From positions 41,284 through 105,283 of the forward strand of contig CAZGFG010000002.1 of the NCBI GenBank assembly GCA_964524895.1: 64,000 nucleotides of DNA, written 5' to 3'. Of this stretch, positions 48,503 to 59,020 are shown piece after piece; position 1 is the stretch's first letter; each line of letters begins with the position of its first letter. Source of the DNA: an uncultured Gammaproteobacteria bacterium (GTDB taxonomy: Bacteria > Patescibacteriota > Microgenomatia > Daviesbacterales > UBA10151). The translations under genes and the position numbers were made by a program. Below the pieces are notes generated by a model that saw nothing but the letters and a program-made list of their open reading frames with translations, ran no database searches and was not told where the DNA came from.

Positions 48503-49402
48503 ATGGGTATGAAAATAACTGTAATAATAAATACCTTAAACGAAGAAAAAAACATTTCTAGGGCCATTAAGTCGGTAAATTGGGCTGATGAGGTGATTGT
48601 TTGTGATATGTATTCCCAAGACGGTACGGTTAAAATAGCAAGAAAGCTTGGGGCGAAAATCTTCTTTCATAAAAAAACAGGATATGTAGAGCCGGCCAGA
48701 AATTTTGCTATCTCTAAAGCCTCTCATGAGTGGGTTTTAGTATTAGATGCAGATGAAGAAATAGGTTTAGAGTTAGGTCAAAGATTACGAGAGTTGACAC
48801 AAAAACCAATTACTTCCGATTTTGTCAGGTTACCTCGTAAAAATATTCTTTTTGGAAAATGGATGAGGGCTACAATGTGGTGGCCTGATTATAATATCAG
48901 ATTTTTTAAAAAAGGGGCTGTTGAGTGGTCTGATCAGATACATATCCCTCCTAAAGCACATGGACAAGGCCTAGATCTACCTGAAGAGGAAAAATGGGCA
49001 ATCATCCATTACCATTATGAAACAATTAGCCAATTTATCGAAAGAATGAATCGTTATACCGATATACAAGCACAAGAATTAGCTAAGAGTGGATATAAAT
49101 TCTGCTGGGAGGATTTGATAAATAAGTCCTTAGGGGAATTTTTAAGTAGGTATTTTGCAAACAGGGGGTTTGAGGACGGATTACATGGGTTAGCACTTAG
49201 TTTGCTACAAAGCTTTTCCTTTATTACTCTTTATTTAAAAGTATGGGAAAAGGGGAAGTTTAAAGAGGAAGAGGTTCAGACTCGACAGTTAAAGTTGGTA
49301 GCTGATCAAGCAGGCGAACACTTATCATATTGGTTTAAGTACTCAAGTTTGTCTAAAAACCCCGTTAAAAGATTTTTCCAGAAGATAAAAGATAAGATTT
49401 AA
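48503..49402 (+). CDS. GT2 glycosyltransferase
   Basis: ITVIINTLNEEKNISRAIKSV...VIVCDMYSQDGT...VLDADEE are GT-A motifs. 299 aa. Confidence 0.8.
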   Translation: MGMKITVIINTLNEEKNISRAIKSVNWADEVIVCDMYSQDGTVKIARKLGAKIFFHKKTGYVEPARNFAISKASHEWVLVLDADEEIGLELGQRLRELTQKPITSDFVRLPRKNILFGKWMRATMWWPDYNIRFFKKGAVEWSDQIHIPPKAHGQGLDLPEEEKWAIIHYHYETISQFIERMNRYTDIQAQELAKSGYKFCWEDLINKSLGEFLSRYFANRGFEDGLHGLALSLLQSFSFITLYLKVWEKGKFKEEEVQTRQLKLVADQAGEHLSYWFKYSSLSKNPVKRFFQKIKDKI

Positions 49403-50247
49403 TGAAAAAAGTTGCAGTAGTAATTTTAAACTACAAGGTCGCAGACCTTACTATAAAATGTATCAGATCTGTTAAACAATCCAGTTATGAAGAATTACTA
49501 ATAATAGTTATTGATAACAATTCTAAGGATGAGTTGCCGCAGTTAATCAAAGATTTCCCCGAGGTAGTGTTTATAGAAAACCAGAGAAATTTAGGATATA
49601 CGGGTGGTAATAATGTCGGGATTAAAGAGGCATTGGATAGAAAATCAGAGTACATCTTTATATTAAACCCGGATACAACGATTGCGAAAAATACTATTAA
49701 ATCTTTGGTAGAAAAGAGTGAAACTTTTGATGCCGGTATTTCCAATCCCAAAATATACTTTGGTAATTCAAACAAGATTTGGTTTGCAGGCAAAAAGTTA
49801 GATACGGCAAATGTTTTGGGGATACATAGAGGAGTAAACGAACAAGATTTAGGACAGTACGATCGGGATGAAGAGATGGAAGATGCGACGGGTGCAGCGA
49901 TGTTGGTACGAAGGGAAGTATTTGATACAATTGGCTTGTTTGATGAGCGTTACTTCCTATATTATGAAGAAAGCGATTTCGTCTATCGAGCAAAAAAAGC
50001 GGGTTTTAAGGTTATGTATATCCCAGAGGCTGTTGTCTATCATAAAAACGCTCAATCCACAGGTTTAGGTTCAACTCTTCAGGATTATTATATTACCCGC
50101 AATAGAATGTTATTTGCAGCCAAGTTTTTGCCACTTAGAACAAGGTTCGCTTTGTTGAGGGAGGGTTTAAGAAATATAGGAAACTCTGCCAAGAGGCAGG
50201 CTTTAGTTGATTTCCTATTGGGTAAATTTGGAAAGGGGAATATCTAG
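49402..50247 (+). CDS. GT2 glycosyltransferase (rhamnosyltransferase-like)
   Basis: VAVVILNYKVADLTIKCIRSV...IVIDNNSKD...ILNPDT motifs. 281 aa. Confidence 0.8.
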   Translation: MKKVAVVILNYKVADLTIKCIRSVKQSSYEELLIIVIDNNSKDELPQLIKDFPEVVFIENQRNLGYTGGNNVGIKEALDRKSEYIFILNPDTTIAKNTIKSLVEKSETFDAGISNPKIYFGNSNKIWFAGKKLDTANVLGIHRGVNEQDLGQYDRDEEMEDATGAAMLVRREVFDTIGLFDERYFLYYEESDFVYRAKKAGFKVMYIPEAVVYHKNAQSTGLGSTLQDYYITRNRMLFAAKFLPLRTRFALLREGLRNIGNSAKRQALVDFLLGKFGKGNI

Positions 50248-51051
50248 ATGGTCTCCGTAGTTATCATTACCAAAGACGAACAAGACAGGATAAAAGCTTG
50301 TTTGGAATCGGTAAAATGGGTGGATGAAATAGTGGTAATCGATAACGGATCAACGGATAAAACAATTGAAATTGCTAAAAACTATACGGATAAAGTTTAT
50401 GAGAATAAAAGTGATGATTTTTCCGAGATTAGGAATTTCGGCATGGATAAAACTCGGGGAGAATGGGTGTTATATGTAGATGCCGATGAAAGAGTATTAG
50501 AATCTCTTAAAAAAGAATTGCAAGAAATAATTCAAATTTCACGTTTATCTGCATATGCCATAGCTAGGCAAAATATTATTTTTGGTAAGAAAGTGAATTA
50601 TGGGTTATATAAAGACGATTGGGTAATCAGGCTTTTGAAGAAAGAGAATTTTGAAACTTGGGTTGGAAGAGTTCATGAATACCCCAAATTTAACGGGGAG
50701 CTGGGGTATACTAAAAATAGACTTCTCCATTTAACACATCGAGATATTGATCAATTTATTCTTAAAAGCTTGGAGTGGTCCAGAATAGATGCAAAGTTGC
50801 GCCTGGAAGCAAAGCATCCCAAGATGTCTTATTGGAGATTTTGGAGGATATTTATTAGTGAACTTTATTTTCAGGGAATAAAAAGAAAAGGGTTTTTTTC
50901 AGGAACTGTAGGAATAATAGATTCTATTTTGCAGGTGCTTTCTTTTTATATGACATATGTCAGACTTTGGCAATTACAACAATCCGAACCTTTGGACAAA
51001 GTTTACGAGGATATAGATAAGCAGTTGATAAGTAACGATTTTAAGTACTGA
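50248..51051 (+). CDS. GT2 glycosyltransferase
   Basis: VSVVIITKDEQDRIKACLESVKWVDEIVVIDNGSTDKT...VDADE. 267 aa. Confidence 0.8.
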   Translation: MVSVVIITKDEQDRIKACLESVKWVDEIVVIDNGSTDKTIEIAKNYTDKVYENKSDDFSEIRNFGMDKTRGEWVLYVDADERVLESLKKELQEIIQISRLSAYAIARQNIIFGKKVNYGLYKDDWVIRLLKKENFETWVGRVHEYPKFNGELGYTKNRLLHLTHRDIDQFILKSLEWSRIDAKLRLEAKHPKMSYWRFWRIFISELYFQGIKRKGFFSGTVGIIDSILQVLSFYMTYVRLWQLQQSEPLDKVYEDIDKQLISNDFKY

Positions 51052-51059
51052 TAAATAAT

Positions 51060-52139
51060 ATGAAGATCGGGATTTATTCTCCCTACCTAGATACTTTTGG
51101 TGGCGGGGAACGCTATATTTTAACCATAGCTCAAATTCTGTCGGGAAAATCAAAAGTTTATTTGTTCCTAGACAAACATCTTTCGAGTTTAAATCCGGGC
51201 CAGATGTTGGAGAACTTAAGCAGACGTTTCAACTTGAATTTATCGAGAGTGAAATTAGAAAAAGCCCCCGTAGGGGAAGGAAGTAATTTTCTACACAGAT
51301 TATTATATCTTTCTGGCTATGATTTGATATTTTATCTAACCGATGGCAGCATTTTTTTCTCTTCAGCCAAAAAAAGTATTTTGCATATCCAGACCCCGTT
51401 TAGCGGTCAGCCGTCAACAAGTTTTTGGGGGCGTATTAAATTATTAAGCTGGGAAAGGATTCTTTATAATTCTCAATTTACCAGGCAACATGCTAAACAA
51501 AATTGGCCTATCAAAGATCAAGTAGTATACCCACCTGTGGATACTTCCAATATAAAGCCCGGAAATAAGAAGAAATATATTCTTTCCGTAGGCAGGTTTT
51601 TTGGATATCTAAAAGAAAAAAAACATGAGGTCATGATTCAGGTTTTTAAGAAAATGTATAAAAGTAAAGAGATAAATGGTTGGAGTTTACATTTGGTAGG
51701 GTCTGTGACGGCAGGGGATTATGGTTATTTGGAAGAGTTAAAAAGAGATTCGGAAGACTTTCCCGTTAAATTTTATCCAAATTTAAGCTATGAGGATTTA
51801 GTAAGGCTTTATGGAGAGAGCAGTATATATTGGCATGCGGCAGGGTACAACGAAGAAGACCCAACTAAGATGGAGCATTTTGGCATAACCACGGTTGAAG
51901 CAATGGCAGGAGGATGTGTACCTGTGGTTACTAACAAAGGCGGACAGACGGAAATAGTAGAAGAAAATATTTCCGGTTTTTTATGGACGACCCCCGAAGA
52001 GTTAAGAAGGTTAACTTTAACCCTAATAACAAATTCAAACTTAATGCAACAATTTTCCAAGAATGCGCAAGAAAGAGCGGAAATTTTTAGTAAAGAAAAA
52101 TTTGAAAAAACTATCAAAGAATTGGTTTATGGCAGTTAA
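51060..52139 (+). CDS. GT4 (GT-B, group 1) glycosyltransferase
   Basis: C-terminal EHFGITTVEAMAGGCVPVVTNKGGQTEIV is the GT4 E-x7-E region. 359 aa. Confidence 0.85.
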   Translation: MKIGIYSPYLDTFGGGERYILTIAQILSGKSKVYLFLDKHLSSLNPGQMLENLSRRFNLNLSRVKLEKAPVGEGSNFLHRLLYLSGYDLIFYLTDGSIFFSSAKKSILHIQTPFSGQPSTSFWGRIKLLSWERILYNSQFTRQHAKQNWPIKDQVVYPPVDTSNIKPGNKKKYILSVGRFFGYLKEKKHEVMIQVFKKMYKSKEINGWSLHLVGSVTAGDYGYLEELKRDSEDFPVKFYPNLSYEDLVRLYGESSIYWHAAGYNEEDPTKMEHFGITTVEAMAGGCVPVVTNKGGQTEIVEENISGFLWTTPEELRRLTLTLITNSNLMQQFSKNAQERAEIFSKEKFEKTIKELVYGS

Positions 52140-53016
52140 AGTTTCCGTATTAACCGTGACTTTTAATAATGCCCAGACTATATTGGGGTATCTAGAGTCG
52201 TTATATAAATATTTGCCTAGGAATTCAGAAATCATTATTGTAGATAATAATTCTACGGATGCCACTGTAGATATAATAGAAAGCTTTAAATCTTCTCATA
52301 GAAGTAATTCAGTTGTCTTAATAAATAATAATGATAATCCCGGTTTTAGTGTAGGCAATAATCAGGCAGCCCAAAGGGCCAAGGGAGACTTTTTGCTAAT
52401 CTTAAACCCGGACATAGAAATTAAAAGAGGATCTCTTGAGAAACTGGTAAGTTTTATAGAGGATAAAACCGATGTCGGTATACTGGCACCCCGACTTATT
52501 ATGCCGGATGGCAAGATTCAAAAATCAGTAAAGAAATTGCCGACGGTTTGGAGAGTTCTTAAGCAGTACTACTTGGGAGTAAAAAATGAATATGAAGAAT
52601 ATGCACCAGGCAGTGAAGAACCTGTAGAAGTAGAAGCGGTTTATGGGGCAGCAATGTTAATTTCTAAAGAGGTATTTAGAAAGATAAGAGGGTTTGATGA
52701 AAAATACTTTATTTATTATGAAGATTTAGATTTATGTAGAAGGATTAAGGCGGTAGGGTATAAGATAGTTTATTATCCTAAAGCAACCTTTTTACATCAT
52801 ATTGGGGGGAGTAGAGTAGAGAGTAAACAATTGCCTTGGGGTCTACGGACTCTGGCAAATTTTATCCCAATTAGGGAAACAGGCAGGTTTTATCACCAGA
52901 TTGTATCCGGGAATATATACCATGGAATTTTTGTGGCATTTATAATAAGAATCTTGATTTATATAGCAGTTAAAACGAGAATATATAAAGAAAATGAATC
53001 GGTAAAATTCCTATGA
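52129..53016 (+). CDS. GT2 glycosyltransferase
   Basis: VSVLTVTFNNAQTILGYLESL...IIIVDNNSTDAT...LNPDIE. Start moved to ATG 52129 (MAVKVS), overlapping the upstream stop by 11 nt. Confidence 0.75.
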   Translation: MAVKVSVLTVTFNNAQTILGYLESLYKYLPRNSEIIIVDNNSTDATVDIIESFKSSHRSNSVVLINNNDNPGFSVGNNQAAQRAKGDFLLILNPDIEIKRGSLEKLVSFIEDKTDVGILAPRLIMPDGKIQKSVKKLPTVWRVLKQYYLGVKNEYEEYAPGSEEPVEVEAVYGAAMLISKEVFRKIRGFDEKYFIYYEDLDLCRRIKAVGYKIVYYPKATFLHHIGGSRVESKQLPWGLRTLANFIPIRETGRFYHQIVSGNIYHGIFVAFIIRILIYIAVKTRIYKENESVKFL

Positions 53017-54245
53017 AGAAAATCTGGATAATCTTTACAATAGGTATAGCAGTTAGATTACTTATTGCCTTTTCAACTTTCCATCCCGATATCCAAACCT
53101 TTAATTTAGCAGGTCAAGTTATAGCAGCTGGAAATATCTTAAATTTCTATGATTACCTATCTGCCATTTCGGATACTGATCCTGTCAAACATATAGCGGT
53201 ATTCAATTACCCTCCGCTTATTTATTATTTTTTTGGTTTGTTTAATTTTATATTCGCTAACTTGCTTGGGTTGAATGCCATCAATCAATTTATTTTAGAT
53301 AATTTAGCAAATTATGGAAATTTATTATTTAACCTTCACCTGTTTCTTCTAAAAATACCTTATCTGATAGTTGACTTATTAGTTGGCTGGATATTTTTAC
53401 AATTATTTGCCCAAAAGAAGGAGAAATTATTGGCCCTTGGATTGTGGATGTTTAATCCGGTGAATTTGTATGCTACCTATATGATGGGGCAATTTGATAT
53501 AATCCCTACTTTTTTCACAGTTTTGGCAATTTATTTGGCTGTAAAAAATAAGCTTAGTTGGGCCGCTTTAGCTTTGGGGTTTGGGATAGCGTTTAAAATT
53601 TATCCAATCTTTTTATTGGTTCCGCTGATCTTACTTGGAAGAGGGTATAGGGAGAGAATAAAATTAATAATGATTTCTTTATTGCCTTATATTATTTCAA
53701 TTCTGCCATATATATCCTCAATCGGTTTTAGGACAAATGCACTATTTGCCAGCCAAAGTTCAAAAAGTCTGTATGCAAATATTCCAATCTCAGGGGGAGA
53801 ATCTTTAATACTGTTTCCTTTAATCCTGGGCTTTATATATTTACTTATGCTGAAGGAAAAAATACACAAAGAGGATATCTGGAAAAATTTTTTAATAATA
53901 CTGCTTTTGTTTTATGTATTAACTCATTTTCATCCGCAGTGGTTGATTTGGGTGACACCCTTTTTAATAATTGAGCTGGTGAATAAAAGATTCGAGAATA
54001 TATTTCCTGTATTAACTATTTTGTTTAGCTGGATAGGGTCGTTGTTCTTTTTTGATCCGTCTTTAACCATAGGTTTATTTTCACCGGTATGGCCATTCCT
54101 CAAGACTTTGCCGGGGATTTGGGAATTAATGCAGATACAAATCGATTACAATATTTCTAGAAGTTTTATACAGACTATTTTTGCTGCCTCGGCCATATAC
54201 TTAATTTATCGATATTTACCAAAGCGCGCAAATGATCCTGAATAA
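53013..54245 (+). CDS. Polytopic membrane protein, DUF2029/GT87-like GT-C candidate (paralog of 42846..44072)
   Basis: 410 aa. Shares first-loop and TM pattern with 42846..44072. Confidence 0.6.
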   Translation: MKKIWIIFTIGIAVRLLIAFSTFHPDIQTFNLAGQVIAAGNILNFYDYLSAISDTDPVKHIAVFNYPPLIYYFFGLFNFIFANLLGLNAINQFILDNLANYGNLLFNLHLFLLKIPYLIVDLLVGWIFLQLFAQKKEKLLALGLWMFNPVNLYATYMMGQFDIIPTFFTVLAIYLAVKNKLSWAALALGFGIAFKIYPIFLLVPLILLGRGYRERIKLIMISLLPYIISILPYISSIGFRTNALFASQSSKSLYANIPISGGESLILFPLILGFIYLLMLKEKIHKEDIWKNFLIILLLFYVLTHFHPQWLIWVTPFLIIELVNKRFENIFPVLTILFSWIGSLFFFDPSLTIGLFSPVWPFLKTLPGIWELMQIQIDYNISRSFIQTIFAASAIYLIYRYLPKRANDPE

Positions 54246-55734
54246 GCAATTCCGCCATAGTAATATCCTGTTACTCGGGATTTTCCTAGTTCTGGCCTGG
54301 TTCCTTTTTACCTATAGGATTACAGAGGTTCCTCCGGGGATAAATGGAGATGAGGCACATATAGGTTACAATGCTAAGCTGATAGCTATCACGGGGTATG
54401 ATCAGAGCGGACGATTTCTCCCTGTATTTATTTCAGATCCCCAAGGCAAGGATTGGAAACAACCAATTACCGTATATTCTACTGTACTTATTTATAAAAT
54501 ATTTGGTTCTTCTTATTTTACTCTACGTGTGGTGAGTGTAATTTATGTCCTGGTAAGTTCAGTACTTATGTTTTTCCTTCTTAAAGATATTTTAGGAACA
54601 GAACCTGCCCTTTTGGGTTTACTTGTCTTTGTAACTACCCCCGTTATTATGATTCAATCACACCTGGCTTTGGAGAATATTGCACCGCTGCCTTTTATTA
54701 TTCTCTGGATTTTCTTTTTAAATAAGTACCAAACTAATAAATACCGATTGCGTTATTTAGTTCTATCGGGAATATTTCTTGGCATAAGCGTCTATTCTTA
54801 TTTTGGTATGAGACTGATAGTCCCATCTGTGGCCTTGCTGACCATAGCCTATATCCTATTTCTGGGAAAGAAAAGAAGTACCAATATACTAAAAGATATT
54901 ACCGTCTTCTCGTTGCCTATTGTAGCTATCTTTGTATTAACGTTAATAATTAAGGACCAATATCCCGGGGCAATCTTTGGGAATAATCGACCGGGTATTC
55001 TAAGTAGTTATCAAGATTTTTTTCTTCCTTATCTTGCTAATTTCGACCCCTCTTTCTTATATATCACAGGGGATATTACACCTTATCATTCAACAGGAAA
55101 ACATGGAGTATTTCTTCTAATGACTCTTCCTATTTTTATAGTTGGCTTGTTTCAAATTATCAGAAGTAAAAATTCATTTTTACTTTTTATTCTATTGTTG
55201 TTTTTCTTAAGCCCCTTTCTATATGGGTTGGTACCTTCACTGCATCGGGGTAGCAGACTATTGGCTCTCTTACCCCTCTACAGTATAATTTCTGCAGCAG
55301 GATTGTCTTATTTAATTCAGGGCACGAAAACAATTCTAAGAAAAGCTCTCTTTTTACTAGTAATAGTACTTATTCTTCTAAATTATGGGGATTTTTTAAA
55401 TGATTATTGGTACTACTACCCAAAAAGAGTAACCTCTGATTTTGCAAAGCCCATGCATCTTGCTTTTGAAAGAGCCTTTATTGAAGTGAGTAAAAAGGGT
55501 TTTAAGCCGTATCTAGAAAGTGACTTTTATGCAGAGAATCCTATTGCTTATGATTTTTATAAAATGGCTTATTTTGAAAACCAAATAGAAAATTGGGATT
55601 TTAGTAAGGAACTGCCTAAAAGAAGTGTTTTGATAGCTAAACCCGAGATGTATGCCAGTATGGATGAAAAGAAAATTAAATATCTTAATTTAGAGACCCC
55701 CTACTTTATGCTTTTTATCAGGGAAGATGAATAA
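54232..55734 (+). CDS. PMT_2/ArnT-like GT-C glycosyltransferase (tandem array member 1 of 6)
   Basis: 500 aa. EVPPGINGDEAHIGYNAKLIAITGYDQSGRFLPVF. Confidence 0.8.
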   Translation: MILNKQFRHSNILLLGIFLVLAWFLFTYRITEVPPGINGDEAHIGYNAKLIAITGYDQSGRFLPVFISDPQGKDWKQPITVYSTVLIYKIFGSSYFTLRVVSVIYVLVSSVLMFFLLKDILGTEPALLGLLVFVTTPVIMIQSHLALENIAPLPFIILWIFFLNKYQTNKYRLRYLVLSGIFLGISVYSYFGMRLIVPSVALLTIAYILFLGKKRSTNILKDITVFSLPIVAIFVLTLIIKDQYPGAIFGNNRPGILSSYQDFFLPYLANFDPSFLYITGDITPYHSTGKHGVFLLMTLPIFIVGLFQIIRSKNSFLLFILLLFFLSPFLYGLVPSLHRGSRLLALLPLYSIISAAGLSYLIQGTKTILRKALFLLVIVLILLNYGDFLNDYWYYYPKRVTSDFAKPMHLAFERAFIEVSKKGFKPYLESDFYAENPIAYDFYKMAYFENQIENWDFSKELPKRSVLIAKPEMYASMDEKKIKYLNLETPYFMLFIREDE

Positions 55735-57331
55735 TATTAAAAATGCACTAAATAAATATGCGGTCTTCATACTTGTCCTTAGTGTCATCTTAATTCGTTT
55801 AATAAATTTCTCCTTCCCCTTCTTTACCCCCGAGGAAGCCAGACTAGCTTATAGAGGGTATAGCTTGGCAAATAACGGGATGGATGAGTTAGGTCGAAGA
55901 TACCCTTTGGTATTTAATTCTTTAGAAGGCTATAAGCTACCTTTACCCTCATACTTAGGAGCTGTTGGAGCATTCTTATTTGGTAAATCGGAATTGGGGG
56001 CTCGGATACCCTTTATTTTCGTTGGTGTTATGATTGCCATTTTTACCTATATGATTGCAAAGACATTTAATAAGGGAGAAGATTTTCGAAAGATTAGCAT
56101 TGCGGCAGTCGGGTTTTCTCCTGTGTTGATCTATCTATCCAAAGTCCCTAATGAATTTACAGTATTAACATTACTCATACTTATACTTTTCTACGCTCTT
56201 ACGAGGAAAGACATGAACCTACTTCTAATTTTTTTGTTGATGTTGGCAGCAGTAATAACCTCTAAATTTTCCTGGCTTATCCTTACCCCTTTCACGATCC
56301 TGACTTTGGTTGTATTCCAAAAGACACAGACAAGGAAAATCAAAGTATTAACACTTCTATTTAGTGTAATTATTTCTATCGCCGCAATCCTACTTTTTTT
56401 GCAAATTCCCCAAGCAAAAAGAGATTTATCTGAAAATATGTTTCCCCTTGCCGGTGATATGTCTATAAAAAATGGGATAGAAAGATTGAGAGATCAAGGT
56501 ACCCAAGCCGGTTGGCCTCCATTGATAGAAAGACTTCTCTTCAATAAGTTAAGTTACTTACAAATTGGTTTAATGAATTGGGTGTCGGATTTGCAACTGA
56601 GCACCCTTTTTGCCAATTTTGATAAGAGTGGAAAATTAAATTATGTCGGAGTAGGAGCCTTCCCTAAAGTTTTAATCATTCCCTTTATATCAGGTCTTAT
56701 ATTAATTATAAAAAGAAGAGACCTCACCAAATATTCGTTAATTTTATATGTTTTAATTTTATCCTTACCTCTGATGTTTGCTTATAGATCACTAGAATAT
56801 GGCTCACTGGTTCTAACGCTTCCGTTTATTGCGCTGATAATTTCTCTGGGGTTAACTGCTTTTAGTAGACGACTCAAATGGATAATTTTTTCCCTGATGG
56901 TTATGGAATTGGTGCCGACATTATTTTTCTCGATGCCTCAAATTAAAAATACAAATGATACAAGACCGATTTGGATACGGCCTGTCTTGACTGCAATTTC
57001 CCAAAGCAATAATCCCGCCGTATCAGATGATTTAATCGAAGATTTAGCTCCTTTATATATGTGGTATACACTAAATCAGCCAAATTTAAGTTTTGAGAGT
57101 ATAGATTTTCCGTACAAATACAGACAAACAAAACTTGGGAAGATGCAAATAATAGGCAGCGAAACCATATTTTTGTCCTGCACTCTGGAAGAACAGAAAA
57201 ATGTTTTTTTAAGTGACAGAGATCTAAAACGGATTCCAGATAATATTGATAAGATCACTATGAAATCCTACGGTGATTATCTTGGTCGCCAAAAGGTATA
57301 CATGAATTTGGAGAAAATATGTATAAGGTAA
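55727..57331 (+). CDS. PMT_2/ArnT-like GT-C glycosyltransferase (array member 2)
   Basis: 534 aa. FFTPEEARLAYRGYSLANNGMDELGRRYPLVF (Glu-Glu variant of the DE motif). Confidence 0.75.
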   Translation: MNNIKNALNKYAVFILVLSVILIRLINFSFPFFTPEEARLAYRGYSLANNGMDELGRRYPLVFNSLEGYKLPLPSYLGAVGAFLFGKSELGARIPFIFVGVMIAIFTYMIAKTFNKGEDFRKISIAAVGFSPVLIYLSKVPNEFTVLTLLILILFYALTRKDMNLLLIFLLMLAAVITSKFSWLILTPFTILTLVVFQKTQTRKIKVLTLLFSVIISIAAILLFLQIPQAKRDLSENMFPLAGDMSIKNGIERLRDQGTQAGWPPLIERLLFNKLSYLQIGLMNWVSDLQLSTLFANFDKSGKLNYVGVGAFPKVLIIPFISGLILIIKRRDLTKYSLILYVLILSLPLMFAYRSLEYGSLVLTLPFIALIISLGLTAFSRRLKWIIFSLMVMELVPTLFFSMPQIKNTNDTRPIWIRPVLTAISQSNNPAVSDDLIEDLAPLYMWYTLNQPNLSFESIDFPYKYRQTKLGKMQIIGSETIFLSCTLEEQKNVFLSDRDLKRIPDNIDKITMKSYGDYLGRQKVYMNLEKICIR

Positions 57332-58968
57332 GGTCAATCAAAATTATAGCCTCGATACTATCTTTGTTAACAGTAGCAGGATTTCTAAGGTTTTATCAGT
57401 TAGACAGATTTCCTGTTCAGCTAAACCATGATGAGGTTAGCCAGATCTATGATGTAATTTCAATAGCCGAGACCGGGAAAGATATATATGGTCATCCTTT
57501 CCCATTGGCATTTAAGTCAACCGGCGACTATAAACCCGGGCACTATATCTATATTTCTTTATTGCCCTATCTATTGTTCGGAGACCACGAAGCTGTAATC
57601 AGGATCCCTTCTGCTTTCTTTGGGACTTTATCTGCCATTTCAGTTTTTGTGTTTACGTTAATTATCACAAATAATGTAGGTTTGGCTTTTATTGCAGGAT
57701 TGGTTTTTGCTGTTAACCCGTCGGATATATTTTATGCCAGAAAGAGTTTTGAAAGTGTTATAGGAGTATTTTTAATGTTTTCCGGTCTTTCATTTGTACT
57801 CCAATATATCCAAGGAAAACAAATGGTAGTTTTGAAATATTTGGGAGCTACCCTTTTAGTGTTATCCATGTATGTATATACCTCTTATACATTGATAACC
57901 CCCTTAATTTTATTGCTCTTAGGATTGGTATATGGAAATAAATTGTTCAGGCGAGATAAATTGCAATCGATAGTCTTTTTAATAATTGTACTTCTACCTC
58001 TTTTGTATATAACTTTTATAAATCGTGATATTAAGTTTAGAGCAAGTTCGGTGTTTATCAGCCAGGATCCGGTTTTAGGAAGACAGCTTGATTATGTAAA
58101 GAGTGAAGGCTCTCTTGTGACGTCGCTTTTCACATACAAAGTCTATGCAGACTACGTCTTTGAAAAATTTCTTAATCAATTGAACCCGGTTCATATTTTT
58201 GTAAACGGCTTAGATTTTACTAATCAAGGCTATCTTGGTATGGGTCCTTTGATGTTTGTAGAATTACCTTTTTTTATTATCGGTTTAATTTTTCTTATAA
58301 AAAAATATAGACATCCGGATCATAAAAAGTTTTTACTGGGTTTACTGCTAATCTCTTTTTTCCCTAGTGCTATAACTTTTGAAAATTATAGTCCTCACAG
58401 ATCTGTAGTGGCGTTTTCGGTCATCACTATAATTGTAGCCTTTGGATTATATTGGGTTATTTGTGTTCTAACTAGAATAAAATCTACATTAATGAGAACA
58501 ATAATATTTTTCTCTCTTGCCGTTATCTTTTTGTTTAATCTTACCTATTTTCTCCAAATGTATACTGTGAATCTACCATACGAGAAATCTCAACACATCC
58601 ACTATCCTTATAAGGAGGTTGCCGAATTTGCATCGGCGCAGCACAGAAATTACCGACAGGTAATCGTAGATCAACTATATGGTGAGGTATGGCCTGTGCG
58701 AGCGGTAGCAGTTCAGTACTATCTAGCTTACTATGGTAATTACACTCCCGGGCAACTACAAAGGGAATATAAAGAAGAAAACGGAGTTATCTCTTTCGAT
58801 AACTTCCAGATTAGACACATTGAATGGAGTGAGGATAATAAGCTTGCGGACACCTTGCTGATTGCAAGTCCTTGGAGCATTCCTACGGAAATAACGAGCA
58901 GTAACAGGGTTATTAAGACATTTTACTTCTATGACCATACCCCTGCCTTCTATGCTATTCAGCCATAG
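57319..58968 (+). CDS. PMT_2/ArnT-like GT-C glycosyltransferase (array member 3)
   Basis: 549 aa. FPVQLNHDEVSQIYDVISIAETGKDIYGHPFPLAF. Confidence 0.8.
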   Translation: MYKVRSIKIIASILSLLTVAGFLRFYQLDRFPVQLNHDEVSQIYDVISIAETGKDIYGHPFPLAFKSTGDYKPGHYIYISLLPYLLFGDHEAVIRIPSAFFGTLSAISVFVFTLIITNNVGLAFIAGLVFAVNPSDIFYARKSFESVIGVFLMFSGLSFVLQYIQGKQMVVLKYLGATLLVLSMYVYTSYTLITPLILLLLGLVYGNKLFRRDKLQSIVFLIIVLLPLLYITFINRDIKFRASSVFISQDPVLGRQLDYVKSEGSLVTSLFTYKVYADYVFEKFLNQLNPVHIFVNGLDFTNQGYLGMGPLMFVELPFFIIGLIFLIKKYRHPDHKKFLLGLLLISFFPSAITFENYSPHRSVVAFSVITIIVAFGLYWVICVLTRIKSTLMRTIIFFSLAVIFLFNLTYFLQMYTVNLPYEKSQHIHYPYKEVAEFASAQHRNYRQVIVDQLYGEVWPVRAVAVQYYLAYYGNYTPGQLQREYKEENGVISFDNFQIRHIEWSEDNKLADTLLIASPWSIPTEITSSNRVIKTFYFYDHTPAFYAIQP

Positions 58969-59020
58969 AAGAAATATTAGATTTACTGCATTTAAATAAG
59001 CTGTTAACATTAGATATGAT

